From a candidate division WOR-3 bacterium (GTDB lineage: Bacteria; Hydrothermota; 32-111): 64,000 nt of DNA. The stretch lies in NCBI GenBank assembly GCA_039804205.1, contig JBDRZY010000006.1:63855-127854 (forward strand), given 5' to 3'. Under the pieces are notes generated by a model that saw only the letters and a list, made by a program, of their open reading frames with translations, ran no database searches and was not told where the DNA came from. This document shows, in pieces, positions 36,342-46,507 of the stretch (within the stretch, counting starts at the first letter, position 1; each line of letters begins with the position of its first letter). The position numbers were made by a program, and so were the translations under genes.

Positions 36342-37068
36342 TTTGCCCTGCCATTTTTAAATATGATTTTGCAATCTCGTTTTCAAATAAAAAAAATTCA
36401 TCCTTCGTTCCCCAAAAAATTTCTTTTCCGTTGTCAAGCAAAAGTATATGATCAATAAAATCGATAAAACCTCTCAGATCGTGTGTAATAACTACTGTTG
36501 TTTTTTTTAATTTAATATGTATCTCTTTTATAAGTTCTATTATTTTATTTCCTGTTAAAGGATCGAGTCCGGTTATCGGCTCATCATAAAAGAGTATTGA
36601 AGGGTTTGTGATCAAAGATCTTGCAATAGCAACCCTTTTTTGCATCCCACCCGAAAGTTCTTTTATTTCTTTATTTCTAATATCAGGTAACGAGAGTAGA
36701 GTAAGAATGTTCAACACCTCTTCATTTAAAGTGTTAAGATCATAATCAGGATTATTATAAACAACAGGTAAAGATACATTTTCAAAAACATTCATGGAAT
36801 CAAAAAGAGCATTGTTCTGAAAGAGAACTCCCATCTTTTTTCTGACCTGTTTTAAATCTGAGTATTTTGCTTTATGAACATTAACTCCATCGATATAAAC
36901 TTCTCCCCTATCAGGTTTTATCAACCCAAGAATATTTTTTAAAAGTAAACTTTTACCTGAACCACTTTTCCCGATTATCGCACATATCGTTCCCTTTTCG
37001 ATCGAAAGGTTGATATCATAAACACCATCTTTACCAAAACTTTTTGTAAGATTTTTGACCTCTACCAT
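36331..37068 (-). CDS. mlaF: ABC transporter ATP-binding protein, MlaF-like
   Basis: It has Walker A GKSGSGKS, signature LSGGMQKRVAIAR and Walker B ILFYDEP. Confidence 0.85.
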   Translation of the reverse strand: MVEVKNLTKSFGKDGVYDINLSIEKGTICAIIGKSGSGKSLLLKNILGLIKPDRGEVYIDGVNVHKAKYSDLKQVRKKMGVLFQNNALFDSMNVFENVSLPVVYNNPDYDLNTLNEEVLNILTLLSLPDIRNKEIKELSGGMQKRVAIARSLITNPSILFYDEPITGLDPLTGNKIIELIKEIHIKLKKTTVVITHDLRGFIDFIDHILLLDNGKEIFWGTKDEFFLFENEIAKSYLKMAGQNGR

Positions 37069-37823
37069 AAAAATAGAATCCTTGTTATAAAATAATCAAG
37101 AATTATCACGGAAATAGAAGAAACCGTAACAGATGATGTTGTTGCCTTACCTACAGACCTCGCACCTGTTTTTGCTTTCATACCAAAAAAACAGGCAACC
37201 ATCGTTACGAAAATCCCAAAAACTATCGACTTGAAAAGACCACCATACAACTGATAAAAATAGAAACTTCTTTTTGTTCCTTCCAGAAATTCGTTAGGTG
37301 AAATTCCTAAAGTTACAACAGATATTATGAAGGAACCGAAAACTACCGAAAATTCACATATCAGAGTTAAAAAAGGGATTATGATCATCGTTGCTACAAC
37401 TTTAGGCATCACAAGGTATTCAACTGGATCTATCGACATAAGTTCGAGAGCATCGAGTTGATCAGTAATCTTCATCGAAGATATTTCAGCGGATGTCTGA
37501 CTCGCGACCTTACCGGAAAATCCAATTCCTGCAAGGAGAGGGCCTATTTCAAGTATAACGGCCTGTGTGATAAGTGTTGGGATATATATTAAAGGTAAAA
37601 AATTTCGTGCCTGATATGCTGTCTGATATGCAGAAACCATTCCAGCAAACAGGGATGCAAGCACAAATATTCCCAGAGATTCATTGATTATTTCAAACAT
37701 TTCGTATGCAACAATTTTTCTATTTTTAAACACTTTTTTTATCGATTTCAAAACTTTCCAGAAGAGTATAAAAAATTCACCAAAATTTATAATGAATTCT
37801 TGAAACAATAACTTCATAATCAC
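37062..37823 (-). CDS. mlaE: ABC transporter permease, MlaE-like
   Basis: Length is 253 aa with a multi-TM topology. The EIGPLLAGIGFSGKVAS motif is typical of MlaE/Ttg2B. Confidence 0.85.
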   Translation of the reverse strand: MIMKLLFQEFIINFGEFFILFWKVLKSIKKVFKNRKIVAYEMFEIINESLGIFVLASLFAGMVSAYQTAYQARNFLPLIYIPTLITQAVILEIGPLLAGIGFSGKVASQTSAEISSMKITDQLDALELMSIDPVEYLVMPKVVATMIIIPFLTLICEFSVVFGSFIISVVTLGISPNEFLEGTKRSFYFYQLYGGLFKSIVFGIFVTMVACFFGMKAKTGARSVGKATTSSVTVSSISVIILDYFITRILFLW

Positions 37824-39136
37824 ACTTTTTGCTTAAATAGAGTTCTTGCAGAATCAAAAAGAATCTCTATTTCACCAGTAGGGCCATTTCTCTGTTTTGC
37901 AATGATTAACGTAGCATCATCAAGGGTCGTTCCAGGCTTAAACTTTCTATGGATAAATATAACAACATCAGCATCCTGCTCTATACTTCCCGAATCCCTT
38001 ATATCGGAAAGTATCGGTTTTTCTTTTCTCTTCTCTGTTGATCTTGAAAGCTGTGCCAGAGCGATAACAGGTATGTGTAATTCTTTCGCAAGTAATTTTA
38101 ACGATCTTGAAATTTCTGATATTTCAACCTGTTTATTTTCCACCTTTTTGTCGAGATGCATCATCTGAATATAATCGATAATTATAAAATCTATCTTTTT
38201 ATCCAGAACCATTCTTCTCGATTTTGCCCTTATATCAAGTGGGGTTCCTTTTGTTGAATCATCTATATAGATTTCCGATTGAGAAAAATGTTTATACGCA
38301 ACGGAAAGGTTATGTATATCTTCTTTTTTTAAAATACCCTGCCTTAATGCAGTTCCAGTAATATTCGCATAAGAACACAACATTCTCTGTATCAACTGCT
38401 CTGAAGTCATCTCAAGTGAAAATATCAACCCCTTCTTCTTTTCCTCATCAGGATTCGTTTTTACACACTGGTTGATCAGAATGTTTAAAGCAAAACTCGT
38501 TTTACCAACTCCAGGACGTGCGGCTATAACTATAAAATCACCTTTCTGAAATCCTGTGGTCATCTTATCAAGATCCGAAAAGCCAGTTGGAAGGCCAGTC
38601 ACAGGTTCTTTCCTTGAGATATAGAAATTTATCATCTTCTCAATTTCACCTATCTTTTCAGAAACAGGAATAATATCTGATCTGTATCTTCCCTCTCTGA
38701 CTTTGAAGATCTCATTTTCTGCCTGTTCAATTATTGTATCAACCTCAAGATCACTTGCACAACTGTCACTGATCAGTTTTGCTGTTTTCAAAAGATGTCT
38801 TAACACATAATATTCTTCAACAATCTTGATGTATTCATCTATATGAGGTAAAAGATCAAGTTGATCGACAAGTTTCTGTAAATATTCATCACCACCAACC
38901 TCATTTAAAATATTTTCCCTTTTCAAACGGTTTTTCAATGTAACTATATCAACTTTCTCTGAGTTGTTATACATCTTAACTATCGTTGAATATATTTTTT
39001 TATTCTCACTGAAATAAAAATGCTCTTCTTTCAGTTTAGGAATTATATCGTTTAAAATATTTTGAGCATCAAGTATTATCCCTCCAAGAACAGCCATTTC
39101 AGCTTCCCTTGAATAAAAACTTTTTTCTCTCAACAT
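37820..39136 (-). CDS. dnaB: Replicative DNA helicase DnaB
   Basis: It has a DnaB N-terminal domain, Walker A ARPGVGKTSFALN, IIIDYIQ and QLSRSTEKR. Confidence 0.95.
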   Translation of the reverse strand: MLREKSFYSREAEMAVLGGIILDAQNILNDIIPKLKEEHFYFSENKKIYSTIVKMYNNSEKVDIVTLKNRLKRENILNEVGGDEYLQKLVDQLDLLPHIDEYIKIVEEYYVLRHLLKTAKLISDSCASDLEVDTIIEQAENEIFKVREGRYRSDIIPVSEKIGEIEKMINFYISRKEPVTGLPTGFSDLDKMTTGFQKGDFIVIAARPGVGKTSFALNILINQCVKTNPDEEKKKGLIFSLEMTSEQLIQRMLCSYANITGTALRQGILKKEDIHNLSVAYKHFSQSEIYIDDSTKGTPLDIRAKSRRMVLDKKIDFIIIDYIQMMHLDKKVENKQVEISEISRSLKLLAKELHIPVIALAQLSRSTEKRKEKPILSDIRDSGSIEQDADVVIFIHRKFKPGTTLDDATLIIAKQRNGPTGEIEILFDSARTLFKQKV

Positions 39137-39801
39137 AATTTTTCCATCCTCGATTTCAATCTTTTCAGATCTTTTGCTATCTGTTTTCTTATAACCTCTA
39201 ATCTCTCACCTTTTGAATGTAAAAGAACAGCAGGATGATATGTCGCAATCACAGGTATTTCGAAGAAAATAGAAACCAGATCCCGATCTAAATAATCTGC
39301 CATTTTCAAAGATTTTTCACCTGTAACAACACTTGCAGCGTACCTTCCCAAAGTCAGAATTATTTTGGGTTTTATACTTTCAACCTGTTTTTTAAGGAAA
39401 GGGAAGCAGTTTGATATCTGTTCAGGTTCTGGATCAGCGTTTCCTGGAGGTCTGCATTTCAAGATGTTTGCTATAAACACATCTTTTCTATCTATACCTA
39501 TATATTCAAGCATTTTGGTCAACTTTTCTCCGGCCCTTCCAACAAAAGGTAAACCTTCCCTGTCTTCATCTGCACCAGGGGCTTCACCGATTATCATAAG
39601 TTTTGCATCAAAGGGACCGGTTCCAAAAACTTTATTTTTTATAGTTTTTTGTATTGGACAACTTCTACAGTTCAAAACCTCTTCTTTCAAAATCTCCATT
39701 GGAGAAACAACAAAAATCTCTTCACTTAAAACAAATTTTCTGTTATAAAATTTTTTTTCAAATTTTAATATATCGGTTATGTTTTTTAAAATTTTATCCA
39801 T
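39130..39801 (-). CDS. Uracil-DNA glycosylase, family 4
   Basis: Motifs seen are CRSCPI, GEAPGADED and PFVGRAGEKL. Confidence 0.85.
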   Translation of the reverse strand: MDKILKNITDILKFEKKFYNRKFVLSEEIFVVSPMEILKEEVLNCRSCPIQKTIKNKVFGTGPFDAKLMIIGEAPGADEDREGLPFVGRAGEKLTKMLEYIGIDRKDVFIANILKCRPPGNADPEPEQISNCFPFLKKQVESIKPKIILTLGRYAASVVTGEKSLKMADYLDRDLVSIFFEIPVIATYHPAVLLHSKGERLEVIRKQIAKDLKRLKSRMEKLC

Positions 39802-40940
39802 TCAAAAACCTTTAAAGCTATTTCAAATTTGTCAAGATCTTCAATTTTTAAAATTTTCCCATCTTTTGAAACTATAACTACACTTCCTTTATCTTTTCCC
39901 AGATTGTTTTGGTCATTTACAATTATATAGTCAAGATTTTTTTCTTTCATTTTTTTCATACCATTATCAAGATGGTCTTCACTTTCAAGAGCAAAACCAA
40001 TTTTCAATATCTTCTTATCTTTAAAAGATTTTAAAATATCATCGGTTTTATGTAATTTTAATTCCAGATTATCCTTTTTCTTTATTTTGTTTTCACTGAA
40101 TTCGGGTTTGAAATCTGTAACAGCGGCAGCCATAACAAGGATATCATATTCATCGATTCTCTCTTCCAAAATCTTTTTCATATCTTCTGAACTTTCAACC
40201 TTTATATTTTCAGAAAAATGATAAGGTTTTTGATCGATTCTACCATGAACGAAAAGGATTTTTTCAGCCTTATTAAAATATGCCGCTTTTGCAAAAGAGA
40301 GAGCCATTTTACCTGAGGAAAGATTTGTTAAACCTCTAACAGGATCAATCTTTTCGAAAGTCCCACCACCTGTTATCACTATTTTTTTCCCTTTTAAAAA
40401 TTCATGGGGATAAAGTAACCTCTTTGTTAAAAGAAAAATTTTTTCGATTTCAGGAAACCTTCCCTTACCTTCCTCTCCGCATGCCAGGAAACCCTCTTCT
40501 GGTTCCATCACGAATATTCCTCTCTCTTTCAATTTTTTTATATTTTCTACTGTTGCTTTATTTTCATACATACTTTTGTTCATCGTCGGAACTATTAAAA
40601 TTTTTTTATCAAAAGAGAGAAAGGTTGTTGAAAGTAGATCATCAGCGATACCACAGGCAAATTTACCGATAATGTTTGCTGATGCTGGTGCAACCACAAG
40701 GATATCAGCCCATCTGCTCAAACTTATATGTTCTGTTGACCATTCATTTTCATCATCGAACAATGAAGTGTAAACTCTGTTTTCTGAAAGGGTTCTTAAA
40801 GTTAAAGGTGTAATAAATTTAGCACCATTCTGTGTAAGTATAACCTTTACCTCATCACCATTCTTTTTAAACTCTCTTATAAGCGAAGCGGCTTTATATG
40901 CGGAAATACAACCAGTTACTCCTAAAAGGATTTTATTCAT
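39786..40940 (-). CDS. coaBC: Bifunctional phosphopantothenoylcysteine decarboxylase / phosphopantothenate-cysteine ligase
   Basis: It has an N-terminal flavoprotein domain (LGVTGCISAYKA) and a C-terminal DFP domain (ITGGGTFEKIDPVRGLTNLSSGKM). Confidence 0.92.
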   Translation of the reverse strand: MNKILLGVTGCISAYKAASLIREFKKNGDEVKVILTQNGAKFITPLTLRTLSENRVYTSLFDDENEWSTEHISLSRWADILVVAPASANIIGKFACGIADDLLSTTFLSFDKKILIVPTMNKSMYENKATVENIKKLKERGIFVMEPEEGFLACGEEGKGRFPEIEKIFLLTKRLLYPHEFLKGKKIVITGGGTFEKIDPVRGLTNLSSGKMALSFAKAAYFNKAEKILFVHGRIDQKPYHFSENIKVESSEDMKKILEERIDEYDILVMAAAVTDFKPEFSENKIKKKDNLELKLHKTDDILKSFKDKKILKIGFALESEDHLDNGMKKMKEKNLDYIIVNDQNNLGKDKGSVVIVSKDGKILKIEDLDKFEIALKVFEWIKF

Positions 40941-41160
40941 AATCTTTTATTCTTTCATCAAGTAATCCATCGAAGAAATCGTTAAAAGCATCTTTTACAG
41001 GTTCGTTTTTAATAAGATTTTCCGGTTGTTTTTCATTTTTTGAATTAAAATACAAATAGTTTTCCTGATTGTATTTTTTTGCTCTTTTTGCAATAAGAAC
41101 AACGGCAAGATACTTGTTTTTCACTTTTTTATAAATCTCATCGATTGGAACAACTTTCAT
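40933..41160 (-). CDS. rpoZ: DNA-directed RNA polymerase subunit omega
   Basis: Length is 75 aa. The motif NKYLAVVLIAKRAK is present. It sits in the conserved gmk-rpoZ-coaBC position. Confidence 0.7.
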   Translation of the reverse strand: MKVVPIDEIYKKVKNKYLAVVLIAKRAKKYNQENYLYFNSKNEKQPENLIKNEPVKDAFNDFFDGLLDERIKDYE

Positions 41161-41731
41161 CTATATCCTCCTTTTTTTCTTTTTCTATAATTTCTTTTAT
41201 GTTTTGAAAAGCATCATCTATATTTCTGTTGACCACAGTATACTTAAAATGTTTTGAGAATTCAATCTCTTTTTTTGCATTCTCAAGTCGAACCCTTATA
41301 TCTTCAACTCCATCTCTACTTCTTCTCTTAAGTCGTTCCTCAAGTTCTTCCATGGAAGGAGGCATTATAAAGATCGAGACAGAATTTGGATATATTTTCA
41401 TAATGTTCATCGCTCCAACCACATCAATATCCATAACAACAATTTTACCTTTTTCTATCATATCATCCAAAAATTTTTTTGGTGTTCCATACCTTTTTCC
41501 ATGAACGATTGCAGTTTCAGCGAAAAAACCTTCCTTTTCTTTTTGTAAAAATTCTTCCTCACTTAAAAAATAATAGTCCTTTCCATCAGTTTCACCTTTT
41601 CTTTTTTCTCTCGTAGTCGCTGACACAGAGTAAACAGTGTCTTTTACATTTTCGAGTATCATCTTGCACAATGTTGTTTTTCCACCACCCGATGGAGATG
41701 ATAGAATAAGCAAAAAACCCTTACTCGACAT
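41138..41731 (-). CDS. gmk: Guanylate kinase
   Basis: It has the P-loop SSPSGGGKTT and the motifs TTREKRKGETDGKDYYF and YGT. Confidence 0.92.
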   Translation of the reverse strand: MSSKGFLLILSSPSGGGKTTLCKMILENVKDTVYSVSATTREKRKGETDGKDYYFLSEEEFLQKEKEGFFAETAIVHGKRYGTPKKFLDDMIEKGKIVVMDIDVVGAMNIMKIYPNSVSIFIMPPSMEELEERLKRRSRDGVEDIRVRLENAKKEIEFSKHFKYTVVNRNIDDAFQNIKEIIEKEKKEDIDESCSNR

Positions 41732-42536
41732 TCGCTACCTGCTCTTTCATCTTTTCAATTATCTCTTTTATTCTTATAACCTTTTCGATAATTCTTACAT
41801 CCTCTGACTTCGACGAAATAGTATTCGCTTCCCTTTGCAATTCTTGTAAAATAAATGTTATGGATGAACCGGACTCTTCTTTTTTCAATCTCCTGAGATG
41901 AATTTTAAACCTATCTATCTCCTCTGTTATATCAACCTTGTCAGCGTAAAGTATTAACTCATTTTTCAACTGTTCGTTGTATTCACCGAGAAGTTTTTTC
42001 AATTTTTCTTTTTTTTCTTTTACTATATTTTTTGAAAGGTTTTTAATCGAATTTATGTTTGAATTCAAAATCTTAATATACTGATGTATTATCTTTTTTA
42101 TCTCCATTCCCTCTTCCTCTCTATATTTTACAAAAGAGGAAAGTGAAAGTTTAAAAAGTTTTATAATTGAAAGCAGCGTATCCCTTTCAACCTTTTTTAC
42201 CAGTGGTATATAGTTTGATACATCTGAATATACAAGAGGCAAAAATTTTTCATATTTCTCCATTCCCATAACCCTTTCAAGTGATTTGATTCTTGTTTCA
42301 ACAAAATTTTGAATATATTCACTCGAGTAGTTAACAAAAAAATTTACCGAGATGTTTCCTTTTTTAATCTTTTTTGAAATTATTTTTCTGAGGTCATTTT
42401 CAAGTGTTGATAGTTCATAAGGTAATTTAAAAGTTGTGTTAAGTCCTTTTCCGTTAACAGACCTAATCTCACAAGTAACACTCCCATAACCTTTTATACT
42501 TTTCGAAAGTTTAACGTAACCTGTCATACTCTTCAT
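41721..42536 (-). CDS. yicC: YicC family stress-induced protein
   Basis: It begins MKSMTGY. The C-terminal DUF1732 motif QELQREANTISSKS is present. Confidence 0.85.
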   Translation of the reverse strand: MKSMTGYVKLSKSIKGYGSVTCEIRSVNGKGLNTTFKLPYELSTLENDLRKIISKKIKKGNISVNFFVNYSSEYIQNFVETRIKSLERVMGMEKYEKFLPLVYSDVSNYIPLVKKVERDTLLSIIKLFKLSLSSFVKYREEEGMEIKKIIHQYIKILNSNINSIKNLSKNIVKEKKEKLKKLLGEYNEQLKNELILYADKVDITEEIDRFKIHLRRLKKEESGSSITFILQELQREANTISSKSEDVRIIEKVIRIKEIIEKMKEQVANVE

Positions 42537-42976
42537 CAGAACTCCAGAATAAATGTTGCAGGCCCATCGTTTACAAGATGAACCTTCATGTATTCACCAA
42601 AACTTCCCTTCTCAGTTTTTATCTTCTGTTTAAATTTTTCATACATTTTTTCAAACAGAATCTTTGCTTCTTCGTATCCGAGAGAATCATCAAAAGATGG
42701 TCTGTTTCCATCAAAATTTCTACTCGCGAGAGTAAACTGTGAAACAAGCATGATCTCCCCTTTTATATCTTCTATCGATTTATTAAATTTTCTGTTCTCA
42801 TCCTCAAAAATCCGAAAATTCAAAACCTTTTTCACCACCTTATCAAAATTGATTTCATTTTTCAAATCATCCTTTTTAAAACATACAAAAATCAAAAGAC
42901 CTCTACCGGTTGATGAAAAAAGTTTCTCTTCCACAAAAATTTTACTTTCCAGAACTCTTTGGATCAAAAGTACCAT
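42536..42976 (-). CDS. dtd: D-aminoacyl-tRNA deacylase
   Basis: It reads MVLLIQRV... with SQFTL and GPATF motifs. I prefer the ATG at 42976 to the track's 42988 start. Confidence 0.9.
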   Translation of the reverse strand: MVLLIQRVLESKIFVEEKLFSSTGRGLLIFVCFKKDDLKNEINFDKVVKKVLNFRIFEDENRKFNKSIEDIKGEIMLVSQFTLASRNFDGNRPSFDDSLGYEEAKILFEKMYEKFKQKIKTEKGSFGEYMKVHLVNDGPATFILEF

Positions 42977-43562
42977 TGTAAATCTCAAAAAATTTTTTGA
43001 TCAGAAGATCAAGATTGTTGTTTGTCTGTGTTGTTATAAGATTTTTAGATGAAACTATGTCTCTATCAACATATTTGATTTTTTTATCCTTCACCTTTTC
43101 ATACAAAACGTAGATGTTTGTCATCGTTATATATTTACCATCAGTAACGTTCGCTTTTACAAGCAAAACTGGAGCAAAACCGATAGCTATGATAAATTTT
43201 TTATTCTGATCGCACTCTTTTATAAGCTTCAAAAGTTTCTTGTTTTCAATCTCGTTTAAAATTCCCTTACCACCAAGTATGATAAGATAATCAAAATCTG
43301 AAATTTTTATTGAGTCAAGGGATATATGGGGAACTATTTTTTCAAATGTTTCTGAAACACAAGTGTCAATTTTGTTGGAAAAAGTAAAATAATTCAAATT
43401 CAAAGAATCAAAAGTTGAGGTGAATTTAAAATAATCAACATAGGAAAACATTTTTTGCGGAACATATATAGCACCAACCGAATTCTCGATCTTTGATCCA
43501 GTTAACGCGAATAATGCTGTAAAAATAGATAATAAAATTATGATAAACATTAATTTTTTCAT
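42942..43562 (-). CDS. Exported DJ-1/PfpI-fold protein lacking the nucleophile Cys
   Basis: It has a signal peptide. The block DYLIILGGKG...KKFIIAIGFAPVLLVKANV...ITTQ aligns to the DJ-1/PfpI core, but Gly replaces the catalytic Cys (AIGFAP versus AIC..P). Confidence 0.6.
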   Translation of the reverse strand: MKKLMFIIILLSIFTALFALTGSKIENSVGAIYVPQKMFSYVDYFKFTSTFDSLNLNYFTFSNKIDTCVSETFEKIVPHISLDSIKISDFDYLIILGGKGILNEIENKKLLKLIKECDQNKKFIIAIGFAPVLLVKANVTDGKYITMTNIYVLYEKVKDKKIKYVDRDIVSSKNLITTQTNNNLDLLIKKFFEIYNGTFDPKSSGK

Positions 43563-43616
43563 AAAAAATAATTATATTAAAATTGATTCATACAGTCAAG
43601 AATTTTTAAAAAAATT

Positions 43617-45458
43617 CTATAAATCATCTTCATGCTCTTCCCTTTTATCACCCCTTAACCTTTTCCTTTCGAGGGATGATAAAATCTTTTTCCTCAAACG
43701 TATCGACTTTGGTGTCACTTCAATCATCTCATCATCTTTTATGAACTCCATCGCTTTTTCCAAAGTCATCGGAATTACAGGTGTTAAAATTATGGAATCA
43801 TCCTTTGAAACTGATCTCATATTTGATAACCTTTTCTCCTTCGTTGGATTAACGTTAAGATCATTCTCCTTGCTGTGTTCCCCTATTATCATCCCTTCGT
43901 AAACAGGATCGTTTGGAACTATAAAAAGCCGCCCTCTCTCTTCAAGATATGATAAAGCGTAAGCAACAGCCCTTCCATCATTTTCTGAAACAAGTGATCC
44001 TGTAGTTCTTGAAGGTATATCACCTTTATACTCTTCATACCCTTTCAGATAACCGTTTATAATACCTGTTCCTCTTGTATCCGTGAGAAATTCTGATCTA
44101 TAACCTATAAGCCCTCTTGAAGGGATTAAAAATTCTATTCTAACTCTTCCGTTAGCATTTGTAGAAAGGTTGTACATAATACCTTTTCTTAATGATAATT
44201 TTTCAGTTACTATACCAACATATTTATCTTCAGTGTCTATGAATATATGTTCTATAGGTTCAAAAGTTTTTCCATCCTTATGTTTGAAAATAACTTTTGG
44301 TCTTCCAACCGTCAGTTCAAATCCCTCTCTTCTCATACTCTCTATCAGTATTGATAATTGGAGTTCACCTCTTCCTTTCACTATAAAAGTATTCGGTTCA
44401 ATCCCATCTTCAACCTGGATCCCAACATTTTTCAATGTCTCTTTGTACAACCTTTCTCTCAATTTCCCCGACTGAACATTTGTTCCTTCCCTTCCTGCAA
44501 GTGGTGAAGTGTTAACTGTAAAAACCATGGATATTGCTGGCTCATCGATGAATATTCCAGGTAAACTTTCCGGGAAATCTTTATTGCAAATCGTATCACC
44601 GATTTTTACATCATCAACTCCCGCAAGAACTATTATCTCACCACTTTCAACACTATCCACCTCTTTTATCCTGTTCCCTTCATAAACCTGAAGTTTTGTT
44701 ACCGTTAGAGGTATTATCCTTTTTTCAGAATTTATACAGACAAGTTGATCATTTTTCTTCACATTACCGTTAACAACTTTTCCAATAGCTAACCTACCAA
44801 GATAATCAGAATATGATAGATCACAAACAAGCATCTGGAATATTTCATCATCTCTGTAAATTGGAGCCGGTATATAGTTACAGATGGTTTCAAAAAGTGG
44901 AGTAAGATCTTTTGAATCATCTTCGACTCTTCTTTTTGCTATTCCATCTCTACCGATAGCATATAAAACAGGATAGTCGAGTTGTTCATCCGTCGCATCG
45001 AGGGATATGAAAAGTTCAAATATTTCATCGGAAACTTCTTTTATCCTTGCGTCCTTTCTATCAATCTTATTTATAACAACGATGATCTTCAAATTCTTTT
45101 CGAGAGCTTTTCTCAAAACAAACCTGGTTTGAGGTAATGGACCTTCAGATGCATCAACAAGAAGTATCGCACCATCAACCATAAACAGAGCCCTTTCAAC
45201 CTCACTTCCAAAATCAGCGTGTCCCGGGGTATCGATTATATTTATTTTCACATCCCTATAATTTATAGCACAATTTTTTGCTGCAATCGTTATCCCTCTC
45301 TCCCTTTCAAGATCAAGGGAATCCATTATCCTTTCATCAATTCCATCTCTCACTTTAAAGATCCCACTCTGTTTAAACATTGAATCCACAAGTGTTGTTT
45401 TACCATGATCAACATGAGCAATTATCGCGATATTTCTAATATTTTTGTTAAATTTCAT
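43617..45458 (-). CDS. typA: Translational GTPase TypA/BipA
   Basis: It begins IRNIAIIAHVDHGKTTLVD and has DTPGHADF and NKID motifs. Length is 613 aa. Confidence 0.95.
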   Translation of the reverse strand: MKFNKNIRNIAIIAHVDHGKTTLVDSMFKQSGIFKVRDGIDERIMDSLDLERERGITIAAKNCAINYRDVKINIIDTPGHADFGSEVERALFMVDGAILLVDASEGPLPQTRFVLRKALEKNLKIIVVINKIDRKDARIKEVSDEIFELFISLDATDEQLDYPVLYAIGRDGIAKRRVEDDSKDLTPLFETICNYIPAPIYRDDEIFQMLVCDLSYSDYLGRLAIGKVVNGNVKKNDQLVCINSEKRIIPLTVTKLQVYEGNRIKEVDSVESGEIIVLAGVDDVKIGDTICNKDFPESLPGIFIDEPAISMVFTVNTSPLAGREGTNVQSGKLRERLYKETLKNVGIQVEDGIEPNTFIVKGRGELQLSILIESMRREGFELTVGRPKVIFKHKDGKTFEPIEHIFIDTEDKYVGIVTEKLSLRKGIMYNLSTNANGRVRIEFLIPSRGLIGYRSEFLTDTRGTGIINGYLKGYEEYKGDIPSRTTGSLVSENDGRAVAYALSYLEERGRLFIVPNDPVYEGMIIGEHSKENDLNVNPTKEKRLSNMRSVSKDDSIILTPVIPMTLEKAMEFIKDDEMIEVTPKSIRLRKKILSSLERKRLRGDKREEHEDDL

Positions 45459-45485
45459 AAGACCTCTTCTGGAACAGGTTATTTT

Positions 45486-45956
45486 CTATATTTTAAAATC
45501 CGGGTTTTCAAGTTTCAACAGGAATTCTTTCACTCTAATTTTCCCGGCGAAACCTCTTAAACCACCATCCTTGCCAATGACCCTATGACATGGAATGATA
45601 ATCGGGACATTGTTCTGTCTTAAAGCACTTCCAACAGCTCTGACAGCTTTTGGTCTTCCGATCAACTTTGCTATATCAGAGTATGTAGCAGTTTTCCCAT
45701 AAGGTATTTCACACGTTTTTTTTAAAACCTTTCTTTGAAACTCAGTTCCGCTGAAAAAAACCTTGATTGAAAAATTCTTTCTTTTCTTTTTGAAATACTG
45801 ATCAAGTTGTTCTATAACTTCTTTTAAAAGTTCACTTTTACGATTATTAATTTTTACATTTTTTCTTTTAACAAAATCAAGTTTCGTAATAACTCCATCA
45901 TTCTCCTCTACAAGTATAAGACCAACGGGAGATCTGTAATAAGTAGAATTCCTCAT
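45486..45956 (-). CDS. ogt: Methylated-DNA-protein-cysteine methyltransferase
   Basis: The active site IPCHRVIG is present, along with YGKTATYSDIA. Confidence 0.9.
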   Translation of the reverse strand: MRNSTYYRSPVGLILVEENDGVITKLDFVKRKNVKINNRKSELLKEVIEQLDQYFKKKRKNFSIKVFFSGTEFQRKVLKKTCEIPYGKTATYSDIAKLIGRPKAVRAVGSALRQNNVPIIIPCHRVIGKDGGLRGFAGKIRVKEFLLKLENPDFKI

Positions 45957-46507
45957 AAAGTATGCTCCATTAAAATTTTTATTCCGATACCAATAAGTAT
46001 CAAACCACCTACAAGTTCTGATTTATTGTTTAAAAGTTTATTGAAAAATCTTCCAAGAATCGTAAACATTATTGAGTCAAAAAATGTAATTATTCCGATC
46101 AAAATTGTTGTTTTAAGGACATCAAAACTTAACAATGCAAAAGATATTCCAACAGCAAGGGCATCTATACTCGTAGCTATTGAAAGTGTTAAAAGAACGA
46201 AAATTGAATCTGTATCAAAACATTTCTTTTGATCCTTTTTAAACGATTCGAACAACATTTTCGCTCCAACTGAAAGCAAAAGTAAAAATGCGATCCAGTG
46301 ATCGAAACTACTTATGAGGATCGAAAAACCAAATCCAACAAAATATCCAACAATGAACATCAACGACTGAAAAAATCCGAAAAAGGTTCCAAGTTTTATC
46401 GATAGTAGTAATCTGCTTCTTTTTTCATTCATACCACAAACAAGTGAAACAGCTGAGGCATCAAGAGAAAGTCCGAAAGCAACCAAAAGGACGGTTAAAA
46501 TATTCAT
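45953..46507 (-). CDS. mntP: Manganese efflux pump MntP (DUF204)
   Basis: It begins FGLSLDASAVS and has a repeated SIDALAVG motif. There are six TM segments. Confidence 0.85.
   Translation of the reverse strand: MNILTVLLVAFGLSLDASAVSLVCGMNEKRSRLLLSIKLGTFFGFFQSLMFIVGYFVGFGFSILISSFDHWIAFLLLLSVGAKMLFESFKKDQKKCFDTDSIFVLLTLSIATSIDALAVGISFALLSFDVLKTTILIGIITFFDSIMFTILGRFFNKLLNNKSELVGGLILIGIGIKILMEHTL

Noticed and set aside
42588-43052. Long plus-strand ORFs lying antisense to well-supported minus-strand genes. Examples are the 154-aa ORF opposite dtd, 12746-13138 opposite folP, 31137-31517 opposite the Na/Pi transporter and 39365-39748 opposite udg. The reverse case also occurs, such as 24760-25173 opposite the pilX-like gene.
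   Set aside because: They fully overlap genes with clear conserved motifs. Their translations are low-complexity (Ser/Phe/Ile/Leu-rich) and they lack RBS context. Such shadow ORFs are expected opposite AT-rich coding sequence.
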